From positions 5,421-69,420 of the forward strand of contig PHBI01000047.1 of NCBI GenBank assembly GCA_002841945.1: a stretch of 64,000 bases of DNA, read 5' to 3'. Source of the DNA: Deltaproteobacteria bacterium HGW-Deltaproteobacteria-14. Its GTDB lineage: Bacteria; Myxococcota_A; UBA9042; PHBI01. Below the pieces are notes generated by a model. That model made no database searches and had not been told where the DNA came from. It saw nothing but the letters and a program-made list of their open reading frames with translations. Within the stretch, counting starts at the first letter, position 1, and each line of letters starts with the position of its first letter. The position numbers were made by a program, and so were the translations under genes. This document shows positions 19,297-27,574 of the stretch, piece after piece.

Positions 19297-21083
19297 GCGC
19301 GCTCGACGCCTTCGTGGCGGCGCGGATCCTCGACCCGCTGGCGGTGCAGTTCGCGCGCGCGATGGCGCGGCTCGTCGCCGAGCCCCCGGCGGACGCGGTG
19401 CTGCTCGGGCTGGCCGCGGCCAGCGCGGCGGTCAACCGCGGGCACGTCTGCTGCGCGCTCGCAGACGCCGCGTCGCTCTTGCCGCCGGACGTCGAGGGGG
19501 TCGGGGAGGCCGAGGTCGAGCCCCCCGCCTGGCCGGAGCTCGAGGCGTGGCGTGACGCGCTCGCGGCGAGCCCGCTCGTCGCCCTCGCGAGCGTAGCCGT
19601 GACGTCGTCGGCGCCCCTGGTCCTCGACGGCGAGCGCCTCTACCTCCACCGCTACTGGGAGTACGAGCGACGGCTCGCGGGGGCGCTGGCGAGGAGGGCG
19701 CGCGGCCTGGCCCCGGTGGTCGACGTGGCGCGGCTCGGCGCGGCCCTGGAGCGGCTCTTCCCGAGCCGCGGCGACGAGCCCGATCTGCAGCGCGAGGCTG
19801 CGCGGCGGGCGGTCGAGCGGCGTCTGGCCATCATCACCGGGGGGCCTGGCACCGGGAAGACGTCGACGGTGGTGCGGGTGCTCGCGGCGATCCTCGACCA
19901 GGCGCCCCACGCCCGGATCCAGCTCCTCGCGCCGACCGGCAAGGCGGCGGTGCGGATGAGCGAGGCGGTTCGGGAGGCCAAAGAGGACCGCGAGCGGCTC
20001 GACATCTCGGACGAGGTGCGCGCGCGCATCCCCGAGGAGGCGTCCACCATCCACCGCGCGCTCGGGTATCAGCCCGGCAGCCCCACGCGCTTCTTCCATG
20101 GCGAGGACTACCCGTTGCTCGCCGACGTCGTGGTCGTGGACGAGGCCTCGATGGTCGATCTCTCGCTGATGGCCAAGCTGGTGCTCGCCGTGCGCGAGGA
20201 CGCGCGGCTCGTGCTGCTGGGCGACAAGGACCAGCTCGCGAGTGTCGAGGCGGGCTATGTGCTCGGCGAGCTGTGCAAGAGCGACGTGCTGGCGCCGTGC
20301 CGGGTCGAGCTGCTCAAGAGCCACCGCTTCGACGGCGAGGGGGGGATCGGCTCCCTCGCCCGGGCCATCAACGCCGGAGACGCCGCCCGCACCTTGGAGA
20401 TCCTGCGGGACCCGGGCCAGCCCGAGGTGGTCCTGGTCGAGCCAGCCGCCCTCCTCGGCGACCTCGAAGCGCAGCTCCGGGACCTCGTGCTGCCGCACCT
20501 GCGCGCCCGGGTCCGCGCGTCGCGCTCACCCTCGGAGGCGCTCGCCGCCCTGGGCCGCTTTCAGGTGCTGACCGCGCACCGTCGCGGTCGCTTCGGGGCC
20601 GCGCTGTTGAACCAGGTGGCCGAGCGCTGGCTCGCCGCGTCCGGCGACGTCGTCCCCCACGACGCGGGCTACGCGGGCCAGCCGATCGTGGTGACCGTCA
20701 ACGATCGCGTGCTCCAGCTCTTCAACGGCGACACCGGGGTCGTGCTGCCGGACGCTGAGGGCCGGCTGCGGGCCTACCTCCCCGACACCCGCGACGGCGG
20801 GATCCGGAGCCTGACCCCGGCGCAGCTCCCCCCACACGAGACGTTCTACGCCACGACGGTCCACAAGGGGCAAGGGTCCGGCTATGACGAGGTGGTCGTG
20901 GTGCTGCCCACCGATCCCTCTCCCGTCGTGACCCGCGAGCTCCTCTACACCGCGGTCACTCGCGCGCGCCGAAAGGTGACGCTGGTCGGCACCGAGGCCG
21001 TGATGCGCCACGCGGTAGGGAGCCGCATCCTTCGTGCCTCCGGGCTGGCGGTCGCCCTCGGCCGCGATGGTGCTCTGGGGTGA
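19293..21083 (+). CDS. recD: Exodeoxyribonuclease V alpha subunit RecD
   Basis: ATGA overlap with the recB stop. Walker A ITGGPGTGKTST and Walker B VVVDEASMVD. C-terminus TTVHKGQGSGYDEVVVVLP...TAVTRARRKVTLVG. Confidence 0.9.
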   Translation: MSALDAFVAARILDPLAVQFARAMARLVAEPPADAVLLGLAAASAAVNRGHVCCALADAASLLPPDVEGVGEAEVEPPAWPELEAWRDALAASPLVALASVAVTSSAPLVLDGERLYLHRYWEYERRLAGALARRARGLAPVVDVARLGAALERLFPSRGDEPDLQREAARRAVERRLAIITGGPGTGKTSTVVRVLAAILDQAPHARIQLLAPTGKAAVRMSEAVREAKEDRERLDISDEVRARIPEEASTIHRALGYQPGSPTRFFHGEDYPLLADVVVVDEASMVDLSLMAKLVLAVREDARLVLLGDKDQLASVEAGYVLGELCKSDVLAPCRVELLKSHRFDGEGGIGSLARAINAGDAARTLEILRDPGQPEVVLVEPAALLGDLEAQLRDLVLPHLRARVRASRSPSEALAALGRFQVLTAHRRGRFGAALLNQVAERWLAASGDVVPHDAGYAGQPIVVTVNDRVLQLFNGDTGVVLPDAEGRLRAYLPDTRDGGIRSLTPAQLPPHETFYATTVHKGQGSGYDEVVVVLPTDPSPVVTRELLYTAVTRARRKVTLVGTEAVMRHAVGSRILRASGLAVALGRDGALG

Positions 21084-21211
21084 GCTCAGGACAACGTGGT
21101 CAGCTGCCGGTGGATCCGAGGCCCCCTGCGCACCGGCGTGCCTTCGTTCTCGAGGGCGCCCACGCGACGACGCCTCAAGCGGCGTCTCGAGGCCGCTGCT
21201 TCGATCGCGTC

Positions 21212-21231
21212 AATTAGAACGGGTCTAAATT
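21212..21231. promoter_or_regulatory. Inverted repeat AATTAGA-N5-TCTAAATT in the AT-rich island upstream of peroxiredoxin; candidate PerR/OxyR-type operator. A TTGACC -35-like hexamer lies at 21243.
   Basis: aattagaacgggtctaaatt lies ~140 bp upstream of the prx ATG in an otherwise GC-rich context. Confidence 0.35.
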
Positions 21232-21372
21232 TCGAACGACTGTTGACCCGCCGGACGGGGTCCGTAGAGGTAGGCGAGTCAAACACCCCTTCGGCGCGGC
21301 GGAGCTGAGGCTCGGCGCGAACAGTGCGCGCGGCGCGGCCGGAGGCAACCCGATGAACAGGAACACGAAGCG

Positions 21373-21897
21373 ATGATCTCGATCGGAAAGAAGTCCCCCG
21401 AGTGGAAGGCGACCGCCTACGTCAACGGCGAGCAGCAGACGATCTCGAGCGAGGACTACAAGGGCAAGTGGCACATCCTCTACTGGTACCCGTTGGACTT
21501 CACCTTCGTGTGCCCGACGGAGATCAAGGGCTTTCAGGCGCTGCTGAGCGACTTCGCCGATGACGGCGTGGCGATCATCGGCGCGAGCACCGACTCGTTC
21601 TTCAGCCACCAGGCCTGGTTCGCCGACCGCGAGACGTTCCCGCAGGAGATCACCCACCCGGTGATCGCCGACACGGCCCACGCGGTCTCGAAGGCGTTCG
21701 GCGTCCTCAAGAAGGACGAGGGCATCGCCTACCGCGCGACCGTGATCATCGATCCCGAGGGCGTCGTGCGGAGCGTGGCGGCCAACGACCTCAGCGTGGG
21801 TCGCAACCCGGAGGAGAGCCTCCGCACGGTGCAGGCGCTGCAGAGCGGCGGTCTGTGCGGCGTGAACTGGAAGAAGGGCGAGACCTTCGTCGGCTGA
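21373..21897 (+). CDS. 2-Cys peroxiredoxin (AhpC/Prx1 family)
   Basis: Peroxidatic-Cys motif DFTFVCPTEI and resolving Cys near the C-terminus (GGLCGVNW). 174 aa. Confidence 0.9.
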   Translation: MISIGKKSPEWKATAYVNGEQQTISSEDYKGKWHILYWYPLDFTFVCPTEIKGFQALLSDFADDGVAIIGASTDSFFSHQAWFADRETFPQEITHPVIADTAHAVSKAFGVLKKDEGIAYRATVIIDPEGVVRSVAANDLSVGRNPEESLRTVQALQSGGLCGVNWKKGETFVG

Positions 21898-21959
21898 TCG
21901 GGACCGGGGGAGGGCACACCCTCCCCCCACCCCTGGCACGAGGTTGGTGGAGGTGCGCG

Positions 21960-22308
21960 ATGGCTGAGCTGGAGCTGCTGGACGGTGAGACCTGGGAGGC
22001 GTTCACTCGCGAGTGATCTGATCGTCCTGATGCTGGGCAAGACCGACTGCGCCGCGTGCGACGCGCGGACCCAGGAGCTGACCGAGCTGCTCGCGGCGGG
22101 CGGCGCGCGCTTCGCCGGGGTGCGCTTCGGCAAGATCCTGCTCGACCAGCGGGGGCTGGCGTCGTTCAAGCGGGCCTACGGGCCGCTCCTCGCGAGCGCG
22201 ACGGACCTGCCCTACAACATCATCTTCAAGGGCGGCGAGCCGCAGAAGGCCTGGTTCGGCGGCGGCGCGCAGCGCCTCGAGAACCGGCGGGCGCACTTCA
22301 CGGGCTGA
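21960..22308 (+). pseudogene. Thioredoxin-fold protein (CAAC active site) interrupted by an apparent 1-nt insertion that creates an in-frame TGA at 22014
   Basis: A strong RBS (GGTGGAGG) and ATG 21960 give MAELELLDGETWEAFTRE, then a stop. The thioredoxin-like body (DLIVLMLGKTDCAACDAR...IIFKGGEPQ) continues in the +1 frame with high GC3. Deleting t22014 joins the two parts seamlessly. Confidence 0.5.
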
Positions 22309-23350
22309 GGGGGGCGGCGCTCGCGGGGAGGGTGGACTTCACCCCCTCCCGGGTCACGAAGATGGCGTCGACGCCGGGGGTCGCCCGGGCAAACGCCAGG
22401 CCACGCTCCGGCCCCATCACGAACAGCGCGGTCGCGAGGGCGTCGGCCATGGCGGCGTCACGGGTCAGCACCGTGACCGAGCCGTCGAAGTCGGGCGGGC
22501 GACCGGTGCGCGGGTCCAAGATGTGTCCCACGCTCTGGTCGCCGACCGTCCGCCGCCGCAGGTAGTTCCCCGAGGTGGCGACGGCGGCGTCGCGCACCTC
22601 GAAGCGGGTCGCGGTGAGGCGCGGGAGCCAGGGATCGGCGACGCGCACGACCCGGGCCGAGCCGTCGGCCGCCGGTCCCGAGCCGCGGAGGTCACCGCCG
22701 AGGTTGACGACCAGGCTGGCGTAGCCGCGGCGCCGAAGCTCGAGGTAGACCGCGTCGATGATCCAGCCCTTGGCGACGCCTCCGAGCCCGAGGCGCACGT
22801 CGGGCCGCGCGAAGCGGACCCCGGCGGCGTCGACGACGACGTGGCGCCAGCCGACCTGGGCGAGCGTGGCGGCGAGGGCGTCGGCGCTGGGCGGGCGGTC
22901 GGCGTCGGCCGCGCGGTCCCAGAGCGCGCCCAGCGGCAGCCAGGTCGGGTCGAAGGCGCCGTCGGTCGCTCGGGCGACCTCGAGCGCGCCGGTCAGCAGG
23001 CGCCGCAGGGGATCGGACACGGCCACCGTCTCGACCCCGGCCCGCTGGTTGAGGCGGCTCAGCTCGCTGTCGTTTCTCCACTCGGAGAAGACCGCCTCGA
23101 GCCGCTGACACAGCGCGTGGGCCGCGGCGATGTCGGCGCGCGCGCGGGCCTCGTCGCCCGGGCGGGCGAGCACCTCGACGGTCCAGCTGGTGCCGAGCTC
23201 GTGCCCCTCGTCGACGACGGCGACCCAGCTCCCACCGGCGTCCGGGACCGCCGCTCGAGTGGGGGAGGGGGCCGCGGCCGCCGCCGGCGTCGCCCGAACC
23301 GCGAGCAGCGCCGCCCAGACCGCGAGCGCCGCGCTCCGCTGCGCGCTCAC
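22298..23350 (-). CDS. apbE: FAD:protein FMN transferase (ApbE family), secreted
   Basis: GTG 23350 overlaps the stop of the upstream gene. Signal peptide SAQRSAALAVWAALLAVRA. ApbE-like core (GGVAKGWIIDAV...ATSGNY...DPRTG...AMADALATA). Confidence 0.8.
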   Translation of the reverse strand: MSAQRSAALAVWAALLAVRATPAAAAAPSPTRAAVPDAGGSWVAVVDEGHELGTSWTVEVLARPGDEARARADIAAAHALCQRLEAVFSEWRNDSELSRLNQRAGVETVAVSDPLRRLLTGALEVARATDGAFDPTWLPLGALWDRAADADRPPSADALAATLAQVGWRHVVVDAAGVRFARPDVRLGLGGVAKGWIIDAVYLELRRRGYASLVVNLGGDLRGSGPAADGSARVVRVADPWLPRLTATRFEVRDAAVATSGNYLRRRTVGDQSVGHILDPRTGRPPDFDGSVTVLTRDAAMADALATALFVMGPERGLAFARATPGVDAIFVTREGVKSTLPASAAPLSP

Positions 23351-24477
23351 CACACCGCCGACGCGCCGAGATTCGCGCCGACGGCGCTGATCCCGTCCGA
23401 CCGGAAGAAGGCGAACAGCGAGAGCCGGCCGAGCCACGCCCGCGCCAGATCGCCCCGCAGCGGGAACACGAGCATCATCCCGGGGCTGTGCATGGTCCAG
23501 GCGTCGAGGTCGAAGTCCTGGGTCTGGTAGGTCGCGTCCGCGGTCGGCCGCTCGCGAAACCACTTCGCGCGCGACTGGGTGGCGAAGCGATACCAGAAGC
23601 GCCAGCGGCTGGTCGCGCCGAGCGGGATCTCGACGCTCGGCTCGACGGCGCCGGAGACCACCCCCCAGTCGTCGCCGTAGAGCGAGCCGTCGAGCCCGAA
23701 TCCGAGCCCATGGCGCGGCGACCACCGGACGCGGCCGCTCACCTGGACGCGGTCGCGCTCGCGCGGGAGCTGCTCGAAGCCCAGATGCACCGGGGTCCCG
23801 ACGTCGTCGTAGAGCACGACGAAGTTGTAGGCGTCCTGCATGTCTCCGTCCTGGCGGGTGTACTGGACGCTCGCGTTGACCAGCCAGGACGGTGACAGGT
23901 TCTGTGTGAACGACAGGATCAGGTTGTGCGACCGCAGGTAGTCGAACGGCATGATCAGGTCGTCCCAGCGGCGTGGCTTCAGGATCCCGAGCCGAAAGCT
24001 GTAGGTCAGCGCCAGGATCGTGTCGCTGTCGGCGAGATCGAGCTGCCCGGTGAGGTCCGCGCCGAGGGACACGAAGCGCCGCTGGTGGTGGTAGTACAAC
24101 CCCGCGGTGAAGCTCGCCGGGCTTTCCGGCGGCGTGAAGCGGAGCGCCGCCTGCGCGTCGAGGGTCAGCACCTGTGACGACGCCTGGGTCGTCAACACCT
24201 GGTCGACGGTGTCGGGCAGGGGGCGGGTGTTCTCGTTGTCGATGAGGCTGCCGGCGACGTTCAGCGCCATCGCGAGGCTGTCGTCGAACGCGTAGTCGAG
24301 GGCCATGCGCAGCCCACCGTAGCGGAGCCCCTCGGCGCGCAGCGGCTGCCCGCCGTCGTCGTCCTGGGCCAGGGCGAAGATGTCGAGGGTCGCCACGCTC
24401 GACGCCGCGAGCGCGCGTGGAACGAGCCCCGTGAGGGCGACCGCCGCGACCGCCAGCGCGACTACTCGCACCCGCAT
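23347..24477 (-). CDS. DUF3570-family predicted outer-membrane beta-barrel protein
   Basis: Signal peptide MRVRVVALAVAAVALTGLVPRALA. Alternating aromatic/hydrophobic beta-strand pattern. C-terminal aromatic residue (W). Confidence 0.65.
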   Translation of the reverse strand: MRVRVVALAVAAVALTGLVPRALAASSVATLDIFALAQDDDGGQPLRAEGLRYGGLRMALDYAFDDSLAMALNVAGSLIDNENTRPLPDTVDQVLTTQASSQVLTLDAQAALRFTPPESPASFTAGLYYHHQRRFVSLGADLTGQLDLADSDTILALTYSFRLGILKPRRWDDLIMPFDYLRSHNLILSFTQNLSPSWLVNASVQYTRQDGDMQDAYNFVVLYDDVGTPVHLGFEQLPRERDRVQVSGRVRWSPRHGLGFGLDGSLYGDDWGVVSGAVEPSVEIPLGATSRWRFWYRFATQSRAKWFRERPTADATYQTQDFDLDAWTMHSPGMMLVFPLRGDLARAWLGRLSLFAFFRSDGISAVGANLGASAVW

Positions 24478-24686
24478 CCCCCCGCGGCCGACCTCCCGTA
24501 GCCCCCGAAGCCTCCCTCTCGGGCGCCCTCGGCCTTGGCCCGCAGATACTCGACGGTCGCGTCGGGCGCGAAGCCCATGCAGTGGTCGGAGAGCCGGCCG
24601 CGCTCATGGGGGCGGGTCGTGCTGCACCCCGCGACGCCGCAGGTCGCGCTGGCGAGGACGAGGACGAGGACGACGAGGGCGCGCAT
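24462..24686 (-). CDS. DUF4266-family small lipoprotein
   Basis: MRALVVLVLVLASATCGVAGCSTT (lipobox), ~74 aa, C-terminal GGCGCE. Overlaps the DUF3570 gene start by 16 bp. Confidence 0.6.
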   Translation of the reverse strand: MRALVVLVLVLASATCGVAGCSTTRPHERGRLSDHCMGFAPDATVEYLRAKAEGAREGGFGGYGRSAAGGCGCE

Positions 24687-24712
24687 GGGCCGGATCATGC
24701 CCGCCACCGTGG

Positions 24713-25243
24713 CTAGCAGCAAGCACGAGATGAGCGTGACAGCGTGTCCCAGGCCGCCAGGAACGTGAGCTCTGCCTCGAGCGCCGACCACGGCGCGATC
24801 ACCTCGCTGAGCGGCGCGACGGCGATCCCCCAGGTGGAGGCGTCGGTCCCCATCAGGTCGCGCGCCTCGGTCGCGAGCAGCACCGTGTCCGCGTGCTTCA
24901 CCGCGTCGGGCATCGGCCACGCCAGCCCGAAGCGCGCCGCGACGACGCGCATGAAGCGCTCCTCGACGACCTCGTAGTCCGGGAGCCGCCGCTTGAGGGG
25001 CCGCGGGACGTCGGCGAGGTACGCCTCGCTGGCGTCGTGCATCAGCCCCCATAGCGCGTGCTCCGCGGCGCCCGCGCGCGCTACGCGCACCGAGTGCTCC
25101 GCCACCGAGTAGAACGCCCGGCAGTGCCCGTTGAAGCGGCACAGCTGGCTCAGCGCGTGGGCGACGTCCTCGATCACCAGCGCCTCGGGATCGGGGTCGA
25201 GGGGGTCGATTCGCCGGCCGGTGTAGGTCTGGATCCAGCCCAT
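24713..25243 (-). CDS. HD-domain hydrolase (YfbR-like 5'-deoxynucleotidase family)
   Basis: MGWIQTYTGRRIDPL...VAEHSVRVA...GLMHDASEAYLADVP is an HD motif. The upstream extension of ORF 24713..25684 has poor GC3 and overlaps the neighbouring gene. Confidence 0.6.
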   Translation of the reverse strand: MGWIQTYTGRRIDPLDPDPEALVIEDVAHALSQLCRFNGHCRAFYSVAEHSVRVARAGAAEHALWGLMHDASEAYLADVPRPLKRRLPDYEVVEERFMRVVAARFGLAWPMPDAVKHADTVLLATEARDLMGTDASTWGIAVAPLSEVIAPWSALEAELTFLAAWDTLSRSSRACC

Positions 25244-25251
25244 CCTGTCGC

Positions 25252-26388
25252 TCACGGTGTCAGGGTCACGCCCGCCGGGAGGGGCCAGGTGTTGTGTGAC
25301 ACGCGGTCCGTTCCGCAGTGGGTCCCATCCCCGAGGGCCGTGGTCAGCACCAGGCGGCCACGGTCTGGCGCCATCACGACCTGCAGCACGCTCGGAGCGC
25401 TGAAGTCGGCGCACATCCCGTCGTCGCGGTCCTCCTTGCTGCACTTGGCGGTGACGAACGGGACCCGACCGAGCTCGAAGGACGCCTTGTTGTCCGGGGC
25501 GACGAGCCTGAAGGAGGCCACGCCCTTGGCGCCGACGGCGTCGATGAACCAGCCCTCGAGCGGCGCAGCGAGCATCACCGTCGGGGTGTGCGCGCGGATG
25601 CCCGAGGGTTGCTCCGCCGTCGCCGTGATCAGGTCCGCCGCGGGCGCGAACCCGTCGCGGCCGATCTTTGCGACCCACGCCCAAGCCTGGCGCGCCGTCG
25701 GCTCCGCGGCGGCGTCGGGATCGACGAGCACCTTGCCGGCCCCCGCGGCCAGGTCCGTCAGCGAGGCCACGCGCCCCTCGAGCCGGTCCGCGTCGCTGCA
25801 GCTGCCGATCTCGGCGGTCGTCACCAGGGCCACCTGGTCGCCCTTGAAGCCGACCACGCCGAGCAGGCCGATGAACCCGCAGCCGTCCGCGTCGGGGTGG
25901 GTGCCGCAGCGCCCGACCCGGGTGAGAATGCCGCGCTCGCTCTGGTCTACGGGCGCCAGCGCGCTCAGCAGATCCGCCGAGAGCACCCCGGCAGCGGGCA
26001 CCTCGACCCCGTACTCGTTGGTCGTGCGGCCGCCAGCCGCGCTGCCCGTGTCAGCCTCCCCAGCCGGGGCGGCCGCGGCGTCGGTCTCCCCCTCTGGAGC
26101 GGTCGCCACGTCGGCCTCGCCCTCGGGTGCGGTCACCGTATCGGCCACGCCCTCCGGTGCGGTCGGCGTGTCCGCCTCGCCCGCCGGCGCCGCCGCGTCC
26201 GCCGCCGCAGGCCCCTGTGCGAGCGCAACATCAGCGGTCGTGCTTGGGCCTGGTTCAGATTTTATTACAGATGGTTGCGTCGTTGATGGTGGCGGTTGCG
26301 ATGCATCATCCATGGTCGCCTTCTTGCCACCGCACGCCACGATCCCGAGCCCCGCGACGACCGCCATCCACCCGAGCACGCTCCGCAT
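25252..26388 (-). CDS. Hypothetical lipoprotein with TAPEGEAD 24-bp tandem repeats
   Basis: ATG 26388 gives MRSVLGWMAVVAGLGIVACGG (lipobox). Followed by a Pro/Ala/Glu-rich repeat region, then a Cys-containing globular domain. Confidence 0.55.
   Translation of the reverse strand: MRSVLGWMAVVAGLGIVACGGKKATMDDASQPPPSTTQPSVIKSEPGPSTTADVALAQGPAAADAAAPAGEADTPTAPEGVADTVTAPEGEADVATAPEGETDAAAAPAGEADTGSAAGGRTTNEYGVEVPAAGVLSADLLSALAPVDQSERGILTRVGRCGTHPDADGCGFIGLLGVVGFKGDQVALVTTAEIGSCSDADRLEGRVASLTDLAAGAGKVLVDPDAAAEPTARQAWAWVAKIGRDGFAPAADLITATAEQPSGIRAHTPTVMLAAPLEGWFIDAVGAKGVASFRLVAPDNKASFELGRVPFVTAKCSKEDRDDGMCADFSAPSVLQVVMAPDRGRLVLTTALGDGTHCGTDRVSHNTWPLPAGVTLTP
26030..26210 (-). repeat. Imperfect 24-bp tandem repeats encoding T(A/V)PEGEAD within the lipoprotein gene
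   Basis: Peptide repeats TAPEGVADTVTAPEGEADVATAPEGETD and the corresponding DNA periodicity. Confidence 0.5.
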
Positions 26389-26615
26389 ACGGCCTCCCGC
26401 GCCTGGCGCTCGCGTCTCGCGAGCCGCGCTGCGCGAGAGCCTACACCCGCTGTTCGCGCCCGCAAGGCCCTCGTGGGGTCCGGTCGGGCAACTGAACATC
26501 CGTAGGGCGCCTTCCCGCGGCGCGGACGTCGCTATGATGCCTCCATCCCGCGTCCACGTCCCCCGCCCCTCCTCGCCCCCCCGGCGCTCGCGGGGCGCTC
26601 ACCTCGGAGGCCCCG

Positions 26616-27422
26616 ATGAAGCACGACACCCGATGGTCCCGCGCGCACCGGCCCGCTCGGCACCTGCCCCTGTCGTCCGATCTCGCCGGCGCGACCTGCG
26701 CCGCGCTGGTGCCGGTCGCCAGCGACCCGGGCGTGGGCGAGGAGGTCGTGGTCGCCCTGCTCGCCGTCACCGAGGAGGAGGCGCGCCATCTGGCCGCGAC
26801 CGAGCCTTTCCGTGTCGGCGTGGTCGCCGGGCTGATCCCGACCGGGCACGGGCCGGTGCTCGGCGTGCTCTGGACGGTCGCGGATCCGGCGGGTGGCTGG
26901 GAGCCGTTGGTCGTGCACCAGTCGCTCCTCGACCCGGCCGACGCCACCGCCCTGGCCCCGTTCCGCCGCCTCGCCGCCCAGTCGTGCTGGCACCTCGCCG
27001 TCCTTGGCCCCGATCACGTCGTCCACCGCTGGGCCGCGCTCGACAACCACTTCGGCCTCGGCGAGTCCCTCGAGGCCTGCGTCGAGCTGGGGCGCGCCCT
27101 CGGGCCCACCGACATCGCCGCCGCGGCGCGCGCGATCGAGCGTCGCTGGACGCCCCTCGACGTCCTCGCGGCGCACGATCCACCGCCCGTCGCCGCCGGC
27201 CGCTTCCTGGTCGACGACCTCGTCGCGCTGCTCGCCCACGCCCTGACGCAGCGCGACCGCACCGCCGCCCGCGCCGTCGGCGCCGTCGCCAGCGCGCGGG
27301 GCGGCATGGCGGCGATGGAGCTCGTGCTCGCGACCTACCGGGCGCGCCTCGGTGGCGCTCGCGGGGCGGACCCGGATCGCCTGTCCCGCTGGTGGCGCGG
27401 GGTCGGTGGCTGGCGCGAGTGA
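26616..27422 (+). CDS. Hypothetical protein (268 aa)
   Basis: Long ORF with high GC3. No recognisable domain. Lies upstream of the vWA operon. Confidence 0.4.
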   Translation: MKHDTRWSRAHRPARHLPLSSDLAGATCAALVPVASDPGVGEEVVVALLAVTEEEARHLAATEPFRVGVVAGLIPTGHGPVLGVLWTVADPAGGWEPLVVHQSLLDPADATALAPFRRLAAQSCWHLAVLGPDHVVHRWAALDNHFGLGESLEACVELGRALGPTDIAAAARAIERRWTPLDVLAAHDPPPVAAGRFLVDDLVALLAHALTQRDRTAARAVGAVASARGGMAAMELVLATYRARLGGARGADPDRLSRWWRGVGGWRE

Positions 27423-27574
27423 TCACCGCGCGCCGTGTCCCGTGCGACACGCGGGCGTCCCACGAGGAACACGAGCCGCGCCGGCGCGCGCGAATATTGC
27501 GTTGAAATTAATGGAGTTTCTTGTGTGGCACGGGCCTTGCTTTGGAGGCCTCCGTACCCAACACGGAGGTCTCC

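Noticed and set aside
22298-24607. 769-aa minus ORF read as a single gene
   Set aside because: Only the C-terminal 350 aa (ApbE) are coding. Upstream it runs through the DUF3570 gene in the wrong frame.
25058-27505. 815-aa + ORF
   Set aside because: Spans three real genes on both strands. Ser/Ala/Pro/Arg-rich artefact.
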